Shown: positions 1 to 8,180 of the stretch, piece after piece
Position numbering within the stretch: the stretch's first letter is position 1
How the letters are laid out: each line of letters begins with the position of its first letter
NCBI GenBank assembly: GCA_030018575.1
Contig: JASEIA010000002.1
Location: forward strand, 1-40,940
DNA: 40,940 nucleotides
Direction of reading: 5' to 3'
From: Nanobdellota archaeon
GTDB taxonomy: Archaea > Nanobdellota > Nanobdellia > SCGC-AAA011-G17 > GW2011-AR17
Notes under the pieces: model-generated
What the model was told of the DNA's origin: nothing
The model's input: only the letters and a program-made list of their open reading frames with translations
Database searches by the model: none
Translations under genes and position numbers: made by a program

Positions 1-418
1 ATACAAATGCTGCCATAAATCCAGGCGCAATTGAACTTTGCAATGGCATTGATGATAACTGCAATGGCGCTGCTGATGAAGGCGTGAAGACAACATTCTA
101 CGCAGATGCTGACTTTGATTCATTTGGAAATGCTGCAGTTTCAACTGACGCATGCGCTGCGCCAGAGGGATTTGTTGCAGACAGCACAGACTGCGATGAT
201 GCAGTTGCTTCATGCAATTCAGATTGCACAGGTGTTGCATTCGCAGATGCTGACGGCGATTTGTTTGGAAGCCAAGATGTTTCTGCAAGAGCGTGTGATG
301 CACCTGAGGGTTATGTTTTAGATAGCACAGACTGCGATGATACAAATGCTGCCATAAATCCAGGCGCAATTGAACTTTGCAATGGCATTGATGACAACTG
401 CAATGGCACTGCTGATGA
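1..418 (+). repeat. Intragenic tandem module repeat with a period of 339 nt
   Basis: Nucleotides 1-79 and 340-418 are the same sequence apart from 2 mismatches (positions 56/395 and 69/408). This gives a 113-aa repeat unit in the surface protein. Confidence 0.9.
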
Positions 419-1478
419 GGATTTAACAAGAGCTGATGAAAATGTGCTCGGTTTGTGCTCAAGAAACACAGAAGTCTGCAGTGTCGGTGAATGGCTTGAC
501 AGCGAAACAAATTATATATCTGTTAATGAAACCTGCGACGGACTGGACAACAATTGCGACGGCACAGTTGATGAGGGGGACTTTTCAGATGCTGATGCAG
601 ACGGGATAAAAGACTGCGTTGACACAGACAATGACAATGACGGCGTTGCTGATTCTGAGGATGTAATTTGGGGAAATAGTTCAGATATAAATACAAATGT
701 CCCTGGCGGGCTTGTATTCTCTGTTGATGATGTGCAGGACGCTGCCAATCATGCTGGAATAGGAAGGGTAAAGCTTGCAAACGGCTCAGGGCTGGTGCTT
801 GTTGAATTTGATTATGACTTTTCAAATGCGCTTGATTTAGGCAGCATAAACCTCACTGTAGGCAACAATAGCGGCTTTGGCTCTGTGATAATCAAGGGCA
901 TTAATTTAAGCGGGCAGAATGCCACAAAGACAGCTTACATTGATAAGAAAGCAGGGACAAACACGCTGTGCATAATAGATGATGAAGTTGACTCAATTGT
1001 TGTTGAAGGCGACTGCTCAAACGGAATAAAGGTTTTATGCCCCGGCACGAACGGCGATTACAGCTGTGAGCTGGCTGATGGCGGCGCAAGATACAAGGTC
1101 AGCGGTTTGAAGCATTCTGCCGTTACGGAATACAGTTACACTGCCCCTGTTGTGGAGCCGGTGAAAATAGAGCCAGTAGTCCTTTTGGGCGGAAGGAAAA
1201 AAGCGCCTGTTGTTGAAAAAGTGCCTGTAGTGGAAGAGCCGGTTGTTGAGGAAGAGCAGCCGGTTGCTGAAGAGCCGGTTGCTGAGGAAGAGCAGCCTGT
1301 TGTTGAAGAGCCAACAAGGGTTGAGAAAGCGCTTGCAAGGCTCGGGCAGATTACAGGGCGGGTTGTAACCTCTGTCAGGAATTCTCCCGGCGCTTGGGGC
1401 GGAGGCATTGGGCTGGCGATAGCAATATCGCTTATTGCGTCAATTTATATCACCACAAGAAAGGCAACCAAGCTGTGA
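3..1478 (+). CDS. Cell-surface repeat protein, 5'-partial. It has MopE-type Cys-rich putative metal-binding repeats, a thrombospondin-type-3-like Asp motif, a Pro/Val/Glu linker and a C-terminal TM anchor.
   Basis: The frame is open to the window start: residues TNAAINPGAIELCNGIDDNCNGAADE precede the GTG at 84 with no stop. Motifs seen: repeated DADxDxFG..C.APEG(F/Y)V.DSTDCDD and NPGAIELCNGIDDNCNG, then DTDNDNDGVADSED, then a PVVEE/PVAEE repeat linker. The protein ends GIGLAIAISLIASIYITT followed by the basic tail RKATKL. Confidence 0.75.
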   Translation, partial: TNAAINPGAIELCNGIDDNCNGAADEGVKTTFYADADFDSFGNAAVSTDACAAPEGFVADSTDCDDAVASCNSDCTGVAFADADGDLFGSQDVSARACDAPEGYVLDSTDCDDTNAAINPGAIELCNGIDDNCNGTADEDLTRADENVLGLCSRNTEVCSVGEWLDSETNYISVNETCDGLDNNCDGTVDEGDFSDADADGIKDCVDTDNDNDGVADSEDVIWGNSSDINTNVPGGLVFSVDDVQDAANHAGIGRVKLANGSGLVLVEFDYDFSNALDLGSINLTVGNNSGFGSVIIKGINLSGQNATKTAYIDKKAGTNTLCIIDDEVDSIVVEGDCSNGIKVLCPGTNGDYSCELADGGARYKVSGLKHSAVTEYSYTAPVVEPVKIEPVVLLGGRKKAPVVEKVPVVEEPVVEEEQPVAEEPVAEEEQPVVEEPTRVEKALARLGQITGRVVTSVRNSPGAWGGGIGLAIAISLIASIYITTRKATKL

Positions 1479-1518
1479 TTCGATAGGTTTTTTAACGCTT
1501 TCAGCTTTCTTCGGGGAT

Positions 1519-1884
1519 ATGGAAAAGGAGATTATACAGCAAGTGCTTGAAGAGATTGAAAAGCTTAAGGATGAAAATATTCCTGTAATTGTTGAGGGAA
1601 GCAATGACAGGAAATCCTTGAATGAGCTTGGCTTGAATAACATAATAATCCTCAAGGGAAAGCCGCTTTACAAGCTGGTTGAGAGCATTGATGACAAGGA
1701 AGTTGCTGTTTTGACTGATTTGGATGAGGAAGGAAAGAAGCTGTACCACGAATTAAGGCGGGAGTTTTCAGCCAGGGGAGTAATGATTAATGACAGGCTG
1801 AGAATATTGCTTTTCAAGACGCAGCTGAGGCAGATTGAGGGGCTGGCGAATTATATACGAAAGCAATTAGCCAGTGGCTTGTAG
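1519..1884 (+). CDS. Small stand-alone Toprim domain protein (RNase M5 / small primase-like)
   Basis: Start taken at the internal ATG (MEKEIIQQ), because the longer ORF overlaps the upstream gene tail. The Toprim acidic motifs are present: PVIVEGSNDRKSL and VAVLTDLDEEGKKL. Confidence 0.7.
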   Translation: MEKEIIQQVLEEIEKLKDENIPVIVEGSNDRKSLNELGLNNIIILKGKPLYKLVESIDDKEVAVLTDLDEEGKKLYHELRREFSARGVMINDRLRILLFKTQLRQIEGLANYIRKQLASGL

Positions 1885-1994
1885 CCTGTGAGCATATCCA
1901 TTTTACTTTATATGTGTAAAGATAAGTTTATATGCTTTCAAAAAGAGGGGGGTTCACTCCAATTGCTTATTTTTCCGCAAAGCTTAAATAGTAG

Positions 1995-2002
1995 TATATA
2001 AA
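1995..2002 (+). promoter_or_regulatory. TATA-box-like element upstream of the MNT gene
   Basis: tatataaa lies about 29-36 nt upstream of ATG 2031. The same spacing recurs before several genes in the window. Confidence 0.4.
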
Positions 2003-2030
2003 TACAACACTTGTAGGTATTTAATACAAC

Positions 2031-2633
2031 ATGGCACTTACTAAAACAGACATAGCGGTATTGGGGCTTTTTGCATCAAAAATACTGGAAAGGTTTACTA
2101 TACGGGAAGCTGCAAGGCTCTTAAAAAAAGGCCTGAAGATAGTCCACACTTCCATTAAGAAGCTGGCAAAAGAAGGTTTTCTCATCAGGGAAAAGCCGAA
2201 TGGATTAAAGCTTAATTACAAAAAGCACCTTTCAGAGCTGGCGTATGCGGAATCAGCAAGAAAAGAGGCTTTTTTCAAAAAGCACAGGCTAATCCAGATA
2301 TACGCTGAAAAGGCGATTGAAACATCAAGGACAAAGCTGTTGATACTGCTCATTTTTGGTTCCTATGCGGCTGGAAAGAACAAGGCTAATTCTGACATTG
2401 ATTTACTGGTAATCATCCCGGAATACGATGAATCTGTTGAACAGCAGATTACATCTTCCCTTTCCTTTTCGCCAAAGAAATTTCATGCTGTGATTATCAG
2501 CGAGGAAAGCTTCAGGGAAATGCTCAAAAAGCGGGATGAGATGAATGTTGTGAACGAAACACTTAATAACCATATCATACTTTATGGCGCTGAGCAGTAT
2601 TATGGCTTATTGGGTGAAAGGGATGTTAGATGA
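2031..2633 (+). CDS. wHTH-fused minimal nucleotidyltransferase (MNT-type, antitoxin-like)
   Basis: NTase signature GSYAAGKNKANSDIDLLVI. The N-terminal region (REAARLLKKGLKIVHTSIKKLAKEGFL) looks like a winged helix. Confidence 0.85.
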   Translation: MALTKTDIAVLGLFASKILERFTIREAARLLKKGLKIVHTSIKKLAKEGFLIREKPNGLKLNYKKHLSELAYAESARKEAFFKKHRLIQIYAEKAIETSRTKLLILLIFGSYAAGKNKANSDIDLLVIIPEYDESVEQQITSSLSFSPKKFHAVIISEESFREMLKKRDEMNVVNETLNNHIILYGAEQYYGLLGERDVR

Positions 2634-3249
2634 CAAAAGGCTGAAGGAAATAGGGAAAAATGTTCCTGCAATGCTGAAGCAGGGGGAGCTTGCCAAAGAT
2701 GAAAACTTCAGGGGGCTTGCAAATTTTTATCTTGATAATGCGCTTGTTGCATTGAACACTGCGCGGCTTTTGGAAGAAGTTTCGGCAAAAAAAGAGATTA
2801 AAAGAAATTTTCCATTCCTTAGCGAGTCATTTGAGTCCTATCTTTGGATAATCAATACTTCTTACTATTCAATGTTTTATATGGCGGGAGCGCTGCTTGC
2901 AGGCATTGGAATCAAAGTTAAGTCAGAAATAGGAGTGCACAAAAAAACGTTTGATGCCTTTGCCTATTATTTTTACCTGACAAAGAAGATAGCAAAGCAT
3001 TATCTTGAAGAGTTTGAGGAAGCGCAGGAGCAAAGCGCGCAGCTTTTAGGCACAGAGGAGTCCATTGAGATAATGCAGAGAAAGGCGAAGGAGCTTATCG
3101 CCAAGTATGATTTTGAGATGGGGAAGCGGGGCTGGCTTACATACAACATAGGAGAAAAGGCAAAAGAATCAAAAGCACAAACATCGCTCAAAAGGGCTGT
3201 TGAATTTTATAACGAGTGCTTGAAGATTATCCCTGAGATAAATAAGTAA
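2623..3249 (+). CDS. HEPN-like helical partner of the MNT
   Basis: ATG 2623 overlaps the upstream stop (2631-2633) by 11 nt. The HEPN-type core SYYSMFYMAGALLAGIGIKVKSEIGVHKKTF is present. No clear Rx4-6H motif was seen, so activity is uncertain. Alternative starts are 2584 and 2602. Confidence 0.6.
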   Translation: MLDDKRLKEIGKNVPAMLKQGELAKDENFRGLANFYLDNALVALNTARLLEEVSAKKEIKRNFPFLSESFESYLWIINTSYYSMFYMAGALLAGIGIKVKSEIGVHKKTFDAFAYYFYLTKKIAKHYLEEFEEAQEQSAQLLGTEESIEIMQRKAKELIAKYDFEMGKRGWLTYNIGEKAKESKAQTSLKRAVEFYNECLKIIPEINK

Positions 3250-3256
3250 AGATTCT

Positions 3257-4000
3257 ATGAAGATGAAAAAACAACTGCTTAAGGGAATAACTGCAATAGG
3301 GCTTTTCTTGTACACTCAGAAGACTCTCATAATTGCAGATATCCACATGGGCTATGAGGAGGCAATGAACAAGCAAGGCGTGCTTGTTCCGAGAAGGCAG
3401 TATTCTGAGACAATCTCGCTTCTTGAGCAGACGTTTGCCGAATTAAAAGCATACAAGATGCCTGTTGAGAAAGTGGTTATCAATGGGGATTTAAAGCACG
3501 AGTTTGGGACAATATCTGAGACAGAATGGAGGAACACCTTGGGGATATTGGATTTCCTTGCAAAGCAGTGCAAGAACATTGTATTGATTAAAGGCAACCA
3601 CGATACTATTCTTGGGCCGATTGCAAGCAAGAGGAATGTTGCTGTGAAGGATTTTGAAGTCGTTGGAGACATATTTATTTGCCACGGGGATTATATTACG
3701 GATAAGCAGGAATTAAAAAAAGCTAAAGTATTGATTATCGGGCACGAGCATCCTTCTGTTGTCTTAAGGCAGGGAGGCAGGACTGAGAAGTACAAGTGCT
3801 TTTTAGTGGGAAAATGGAAAGGCAAGGATTTGATTGTAATGCCCTCGTTTAATCTTACATTGGAGGGAAGCGATGTCCTAACTGAGGGGCTTTTGAGCCC
3901 TTTCCTGAAAGACATAAGCGATTTTGAAGTGTTTATCATAGGCGATGAGGGAACGCTTGATTTCGGCAGAGTAAAGGAATTGGCGGCGCAAGGCTTTTAA
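3257..4000 (+). CDS. Calcineurin-like metallophosphoesterase, SbcD/Mre11-related archaeal MJ0037-type
   Basis: Phosphoesterase motifs in order: IADIHMGYE, NGDLKHEF, GNHD, GHEH. Confidence 0.8.
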   Translation: MKMKKQLLKGITAIGLFLYTQKTLIIADIHMGYEEAMNKQGVLVPRRQYSETISLLEQTFAELKAYKMPVEKVVINGDLKHEFGTISETEWRNTLGILDFLAKQCKNIVLIKGNHDTILGPIASKRNVAVKDFEVVGDIFICHGDYITDKQELKKAKVLIIGHEHPSVVLRQGGRTEKYKCFLVGKWKGKDLIVMPSFNLTLEGSDVLTEGLLSPFLKDISDFEVFIIGDEGTLDFGRVKELAAQGF

Positions 4001-4028
4001 ATATAGGCGTACAACAGAAAGGAGGCAC

Positions 4029-4101
4029 GGGGCCGTAGTCTAGTTTGGTAGGACACAAGCTTGGGGTGTTTGTAACCGGGGTTCAAATCCTCGCAGCCTC
4101 A
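4029..4101 (+). tRNA. tRNA-Pro (anticodon GGG at 4063-4065)
   Basis: Hand-folded cloverleaf. Acceptor GGGGCCG/CAGCCTC has one A:C mismatch and one G:U pair. D stem GTCT/GGAC, anticodon stem CAAGC/GTTTG with loop TTGGGGT, T arm CGGGG-TTCAAAT-CCTCG, discriminator A. CCA is not encoded. Confidence 0.8.
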
Positions 4102-4103
4102 TT

Positions 4104-4265
4104 ATGACTCATATTGAGATGACAGAACTGCTTGCTGCGCGGCTTATCGGCGCGACACTGATGTCAATTGCGATTTTCATAGCTGCAATAAAGCGGAATG
4201 CGCGCGTTGCACTAGCCCTTATCGTAATCAGCATGGCATTATTCTATTTGCTTGCAAAGGCATAA
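4104..4265 (+). CDS. Possible 53-aa two-TM membrane peptide
   Basis: This ORF is below the track cutoff: MTHIEMTELLAARLIGATLMSIAIFIAAIKRNARVALALIVISMALFYLLAKA. It starts 3 nt after the tRNA and has no recognisable promoter. Confidence 0.2.
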   Translation: MTHIEMTELLAARLIGATLMSIAIFIAAIKRNARVALALIVISMALFYLLAKA

Positions 4266-4296
4266 TCTTATAAATTTTGCCTGCCTCCTTTTTCTC

Positions 4297-4836
4297 ATGG
4301 ACGAAGTGGAAGTAAAGGTTCTTGACGTTAACAGGAAGGAATTGGCTAAGAAGCTCATTAAGCTCGGCGCAATGAAATACTTTGAAGGCGAGATATATGC
4401 TGTTTCCTTTGACTTTCCCGACAAGTCAATAAGAAATGCAACAAGGACTTTAAGATTAAGGACAAAAGGCAGCAAGACATACCTTACACTGAAGAATCCT
4501 GTTGATAATCCCAACATCAAAATCAGGGAAGAGCTTGAGCTTGAAGTGTCTGATTTTGCAACAATGAAAAAGATTCTTGAGTCATTAAACTTAAAGCAGT
4601 GGAGGGATGTTAAGAAAACAAGAATAAGCTACAAGCTGAAAGACGCGTTGTTTGAGTTTGACAAGTACCACGAAGAATTTGAATATATTCCTGAGTTCAT
4701 GGAAATAGAAGTCATGGCAAAGGATGACAGGCAGGCAGTAAAGAAAATCTACGAATTTGCTGAAATGCTCGGCATTAAGAAAGAGCAGTGCCTGCCATGG
4801 ACATTGAATGAGTTAGTGAATCATTACAAAAAATAA
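4297..4836 (+). CDS. CYTH domain protein (class IV adenylyl cyclase / triphosphatase family)
   Basis: N-terminal EVEVKVL (ExExK), followed by RLRTKGSKTYLTLK and EELELEV strands typical of the CYTH tunnel fold. Start taken at the internal ATG 4297. Confidence 0.75.
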   Translation: MDEVEVKVLDVNRKELAKKLIKLGAMKYFEGEIYAVSFDFPDKSIRNATRTLRLRTKGSKTYLTLKNPVDNPNIKIREELELEVSDFATMKKILESLNLKQWRDVKKTRISYKLKDALFEFDKYHEEFEYIPEFMEIEVMAKDDRQAVKKIYEFAEMLGIKKEQCLPWTLNELVNHYKK

Positions 4837-5385
4837 TCACCAGCAGTCAAAATCCAGTACCTGCTTCCACGTCTTCCACGTGAGCCGCCGTTTTCCTTTT
4901 ACGCTCCTGTTGTATGCAATGTCGTAAAGCACGTGCTCCCATGAAGGCTTTGCGCAGCCTTTTATTTCCGGATTATCATCAATAAGAATGTCTCCTGAAA
5001 CCATTGTCTTGTCTGCAGTGAGCATAAGCCTTCTTACCCATTCGCTTCCAAGATGCATGTCAATCCATTCATACTTTTCAACAACACAGTGCTTATATAT
5101 TTTCATTGGGCTTGAGCATATGAACACGTCATGCCCCTTTGATTTCATCTCAGCCAAGGCTTCAAGCCCGCCTGCAATAGGCTCAAGCGCTGCTATGAAC
5201 CCTTTTGATGTAAATACAGCCATGATATCATCCTTAAATTCTGCAGGATACTGCTTTTCCAAACCCCATGTAGTTCTCTGCTCAACCTGTATGGAAATTC
5301 TTCCCGGATACAGCTCTCGCCATTTCTTTACAAAACCGCCTTCATAATCAGCGATTACATCGTCCATATCCACCAACACTTTCAT
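4837..5385 (-). CDS. 5'(3')-deoxyribonucleotidase (HAD superfamily, NT5C family)
   Basis: The N-terminus MKVLVDMDDVIADYEGGF carries the HAD DxDxV/T motif of the NT5C family. The gene abuts the CYTH stop with no spacer. Confidence 0.75.
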   Translation of the reverse strand: MKVLVDMDDVIADYEGGFVKKWRELYPGRISIQVEQRTTWGLEKQYPAEFKDDIMAVFTSKGFIAALEPIAGGLEALAEMKSKGHDVFICSSPMKIYKHCVVEKYEWIDMHLGSEWVRRLMLTADKTMVSGDILIDDNPEIKGCAKPSWEHVLYDIAYNRSVKGKRRLTWKTWKQVLDFDCW

Positions 5386-5437
5386 AAGGCTGGATAATGT
5401 GCTTACCTTTATAAATATTCACTCACTTTTAATTAGC

Positions 5438-6070
5438 ATGAAAAAAAGGCACTGGATAGCATTCTCAATAATACTTGCATCATTTGCAATAGGGCTTTAC
5501 TTCTATCCGTGGATGCCTGAGAAAATGGCTTTGCACTGGAATGCTGCAGGAGAGGTTAACGGTTACATGCCAAAGGCGGTTGCATTGTTCCTTATGCCTG
5601 TTTTGTCAGTTATATTATTCATAATGTTCCTTGCAATTCCCAGATTAGACCCTATGAAGCACAACATCGGCAAGTTCAGGGGATATTATGACAATTTCAT
5701 CTTGATACTCTTCACGTTCTTATTCTATATCTACCTGCTTACAATCCTGTGGAATGTGGGCGCAAGGTTCAACATGAGCCAGATGCTTGCGCCTGCTTTT
5801 GGCTTTTTGATATACTACTGCGGCATATTGATGCAGAACGCGAAAAGAAACTGGTTTATCGGAATAAGGACGCCGTGGACATTGAGCAATGAAACAGTCT
5901 GGGAAAAGACCCATCTGCTTGGCGGAAAGCTGTTCAAGGCAGCAGGCGTTATTGCATTTCTCGGGCTGTTCGTGCCGAGGTATGCAATATTCTTTTTTCT
6001 GGCGCCTGTTTTAGGATTCTCAGTGTTCCTTTTTGTGTATTCTTACGTGAAGTACAGGGCGATGGTTTAA
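5438..6070 (+). CDS. SdpI/YhfL-family membrane protein (DUF1648 + SdpI-like)
   Basis: Polytopic membrane protein. Contains MALHWNAAGEVNGY and NWFIGIRTPWTLSNETVWEKTH, which are characteristic of this family. Start taken at MKKRHW. Confidence 0.7.
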   Translation: MKKRHWIAFSIILASFAIGLYFYPWMPEKMALHWNAAGEVNGYMPKAVALFLMPVLSVILFIMFLAIPRLDPMKHNIGKFRGYYDNFILILFTFLFYIYLLTILWNVGARFNMSQMLAPAFGFLIYYCGILMQNAKRNWFIGIRTPWTLSNETVWEKTHLLGGKLFKAAGVIAFLGLFVPRYAIFFFLAPVLGFSVFLFVYSYVKYRAMV

Positions 6071-6296
6071 AGAAGGCAGGAATAATTGGTTTTTAACAGC
6101 CTATGAAACGCTCCTGAACCCGCCACGGCTTTGACGAGGGGAAGCAAAAAGCCGCTTTCAGCGATGTTGGAAACGTGCTCATAAACAGCATCCAAAACCA
6201 GAAAGGTTTCAGCCAAATGCTGATGATTTTCGGCTTCTTTGAAAATTCACGTGTTTTTTGAAAGCTTTATGAACAAGTTGTGCAAACCTGCCTCTC

Positions 6297-6902
6297 ATGG
6301 CTATTGAGCAAGCGAAACCATTAAATAGTATGCCTGAGACATACTATTATATGGCGAGCCCAAGCAAGGAAGAGAGAGTGCTGCAATTGATTTTGGAGAA
6401 CAGTCCAATGAAGCAGTGGCATTTCAATGAAATAGTCAGGGATTCAAAAGTGGCAAGGGCTGTTGCAAACAAGTGGCTTAAGCGCTATGTAAAAGAAGGG
6501 CTTCTAAGGCGGGTAAAGGAGAAGGGAAAATTCCCTTGCTTTACCTGCGGCATGGACAATCCTGTGTACATATCCATGAAGAAACTGCTGGCAATTGAGC
6601 AGGTTTTCAGGAGCGGGCTTGCAGAGCATTTGTTGAGCCTTAAAGATGCAAAGTCAGTGGTTCTTTTCGGCAGCTTTGCAAGAGGCGACTGGCACAAGGG
6701 CAGCGATATAGACATTTTCATTTACGGCAAAAGCAGGGGATTTGAAAAAAGCAGGTACGAGCTTAAGCTGAAGAGGCAGATTGAGCTTCACTTGTTTGAA
6801 ACTAAGGCTGAGCTGAATCAGGTAAGAACCGGGCTTCTGAAGAACGTGCTTAACGGCTATTCCCTGAAAGGGCAGATGCAGGATTTTATGGGGGTTTCCT
6901 GA
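6297..6902 (+). CDS. wHTH-fused minimal nucleotidyltransferase (MNT-type)
   Basis: NTase motif LFGSFARGDWHKGSDIDIFIYG. Alternative start at 6351 (MASPSKEE), which has attaaata about 25 nt upstream. Confidence 0.85.
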   Translation: MAIEQAKPLNSMPETYYYMASPSKEERVLQLILENSPMKQWHFNEIVRDSKVARAVANKWLKRYVKEGLLRRVKEKGKFPCFTCGMDNPVYISMKKLLAIEQVFRSGLAEHLLSLKDAKSVVLFGSFARGDWHKGSDIDIFIYGKSRGFEKSRYELKLKRQIELHLFETKAELNQVRTGLLKNVLNGYSLKGQMQDFMGVS

Positions 6903-7357
6903 TGAAGCTGGAGATAGACAATTTGGATAATGCATACAAGCTTTGCGAAATTTCAGGCAAGTTCAGGGTAATGAATGCCATTGACATAGAGCTTGTTAGG
7001 TCAAAAAAGATGGTTTCTGAGCTGGGCCTTGATTTCATACGGGAAAAGTCAAAAGGCATAAGCAAGGAAAGCCCTGATTGGACATTTGTATTCAGGGACT
7101 ATTACGAATCTTTAAGGGGCATGATGGAAGCCTACCTGCTCTTTGACAGGATTGTTTCAGACAACCACCAGTGCATGAATGCCTATATTTGCATAAAGCA
7201 CCCGGAGCTTGGGCTGGACTGGGAATTTCTTGAAACTGCCAGGCTTAAAAGGAATTATATCAATTATCGCGGGCAGCTTGTAACTTACGATGACTGGAAG
7301 GGCCTTAAGCTGAAGTTTGAGCTGCATATAAGCGCCATGGCAAAGGCGATAGATTAG
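6902..7357 (+). CDS. HEPN-like partner of the MNT
   Basis: TGATG one-nucleotide overlap with the MNT stop. Helical protein carrying ARLKRNYINY (RN..Y-type HEPN motif region). Confidence 0.65.
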   Translation: MKLEIDNLDNAYKLCEISGKFRVMNAIDIELVRSKKMVSELGLDFIREKSKGISKESPDWTFVFRDYYESLRGMMEAYLLFDRIVSDNHQCMNAYICIKHPELGLDWEFLETARLKRNYINYRGQLVTYDDWKGLKLKFELHISAMAKAID

Positions 7358-7397
7358 AAACTGAATGAGTAATAGTTTGGGGTTAAAAATCCTAATC

Positions 7398-7405
7398 TTT
7401 ATAAA
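7398..7405 (+). promoter_or_regulatory. TATA-box-like element
   Basis: tttataaa lies 23-30 nt upstream of ATG 7428. Confidence 0.45.
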
Positions 7406-7427
7406 CCTTACAGCACCTCCAATTTCT

Positions 7428-8180
7428 ATGGAATTCAGGATTAAGCAGTTCAAAAAGCCGAATATAAAGGAAGCAATAATGATTACAGGCTTCCCAGGCA
7501 TTGGAAATGTTGGAAAAATTGCAATAGACTTTCTTATAGATCATCTTAAGCCTGAAAAAATAATGGAACTCCAGTCAGACAGCTTTCCGCACTCTGTTTT
7601 TGTCACGGAGCAGGGGCTTTTGGAAATGCCTTCTGTGCGATTATATTACAAAAAGGTTAAAGCAAATGAATTCATATTTGTCTCAGGTGATGCGCAGCCT
7701 GTGACAGAAGAGGCGTGCTATGCATTCTGTAATAAATTATTGTCAATTGCAAAAGAGATGAAATGCAAAGAGATAATCACAATGGGGGGAATAGGATTAG
7801 GCAAGATACCAAAAAAGCCAAAGGTTTACATTGCAGGAAACAGCCGGAATTACATAAAAGGATTCCCGAACTGCAATATTAAAATCTACGGCGTTGTGGG
7901 GCCTATTGTGGGCGTTACAGGAGTATTGGCAGGCATGGCAAAGGAAAAAGCAATGCTCTCATCTGTCATTCTTGCACAGACATTTGCCCATCCTTTTTAT
8001 CTTGGCGTGAAGGGCGCAAAGGAGATTCTTGCTGTCCTGAACCAGAAGTACGGGTTCAAGCTTGACATAAAGAAGATTGCAGATGAAATCAACGGGTTTG
8101 AGGAAGAATCCTTTTTGTCTTCGCATGAAGAGCCTGGGCTTCCAAAGCCTGCGAAAGGGGGCATGACTTATTTCGGCTAG
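7428..8180 (+). CDS. PAC2-family (proteasome assembly chaperone-like) protein
   Basis: AIMITGFPGIGNVGKIAIDFLIDHL is the hallmark N-terminal motif of the PAC2 family. Start taken at MEFRIKQF on the basis of TATA spacing. Confidence 0.75.
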   Translation: MEFRIKQFKKPNIKEAIMITGFPGIGNVGKIAIDFLIDHLKPEKIMELQSDSFPHSVFVTEQGLLEMPSVRLYYKKVKANEFIFVSGDAQPVTEEACYAFCNKLLSIAKEMKCKEIITMGGIGLGKIPKKPKVYIAGNSRNYIKGFPNCNIKIYGVVGPIVGVTGVLAGMAKEKAMLSSVILAQTFAHPFYLGVKGAKEILAVLNQKYGFKLDIKKIADEINGFEEESFLSSHEEPGLPKPAKGGMTYFG

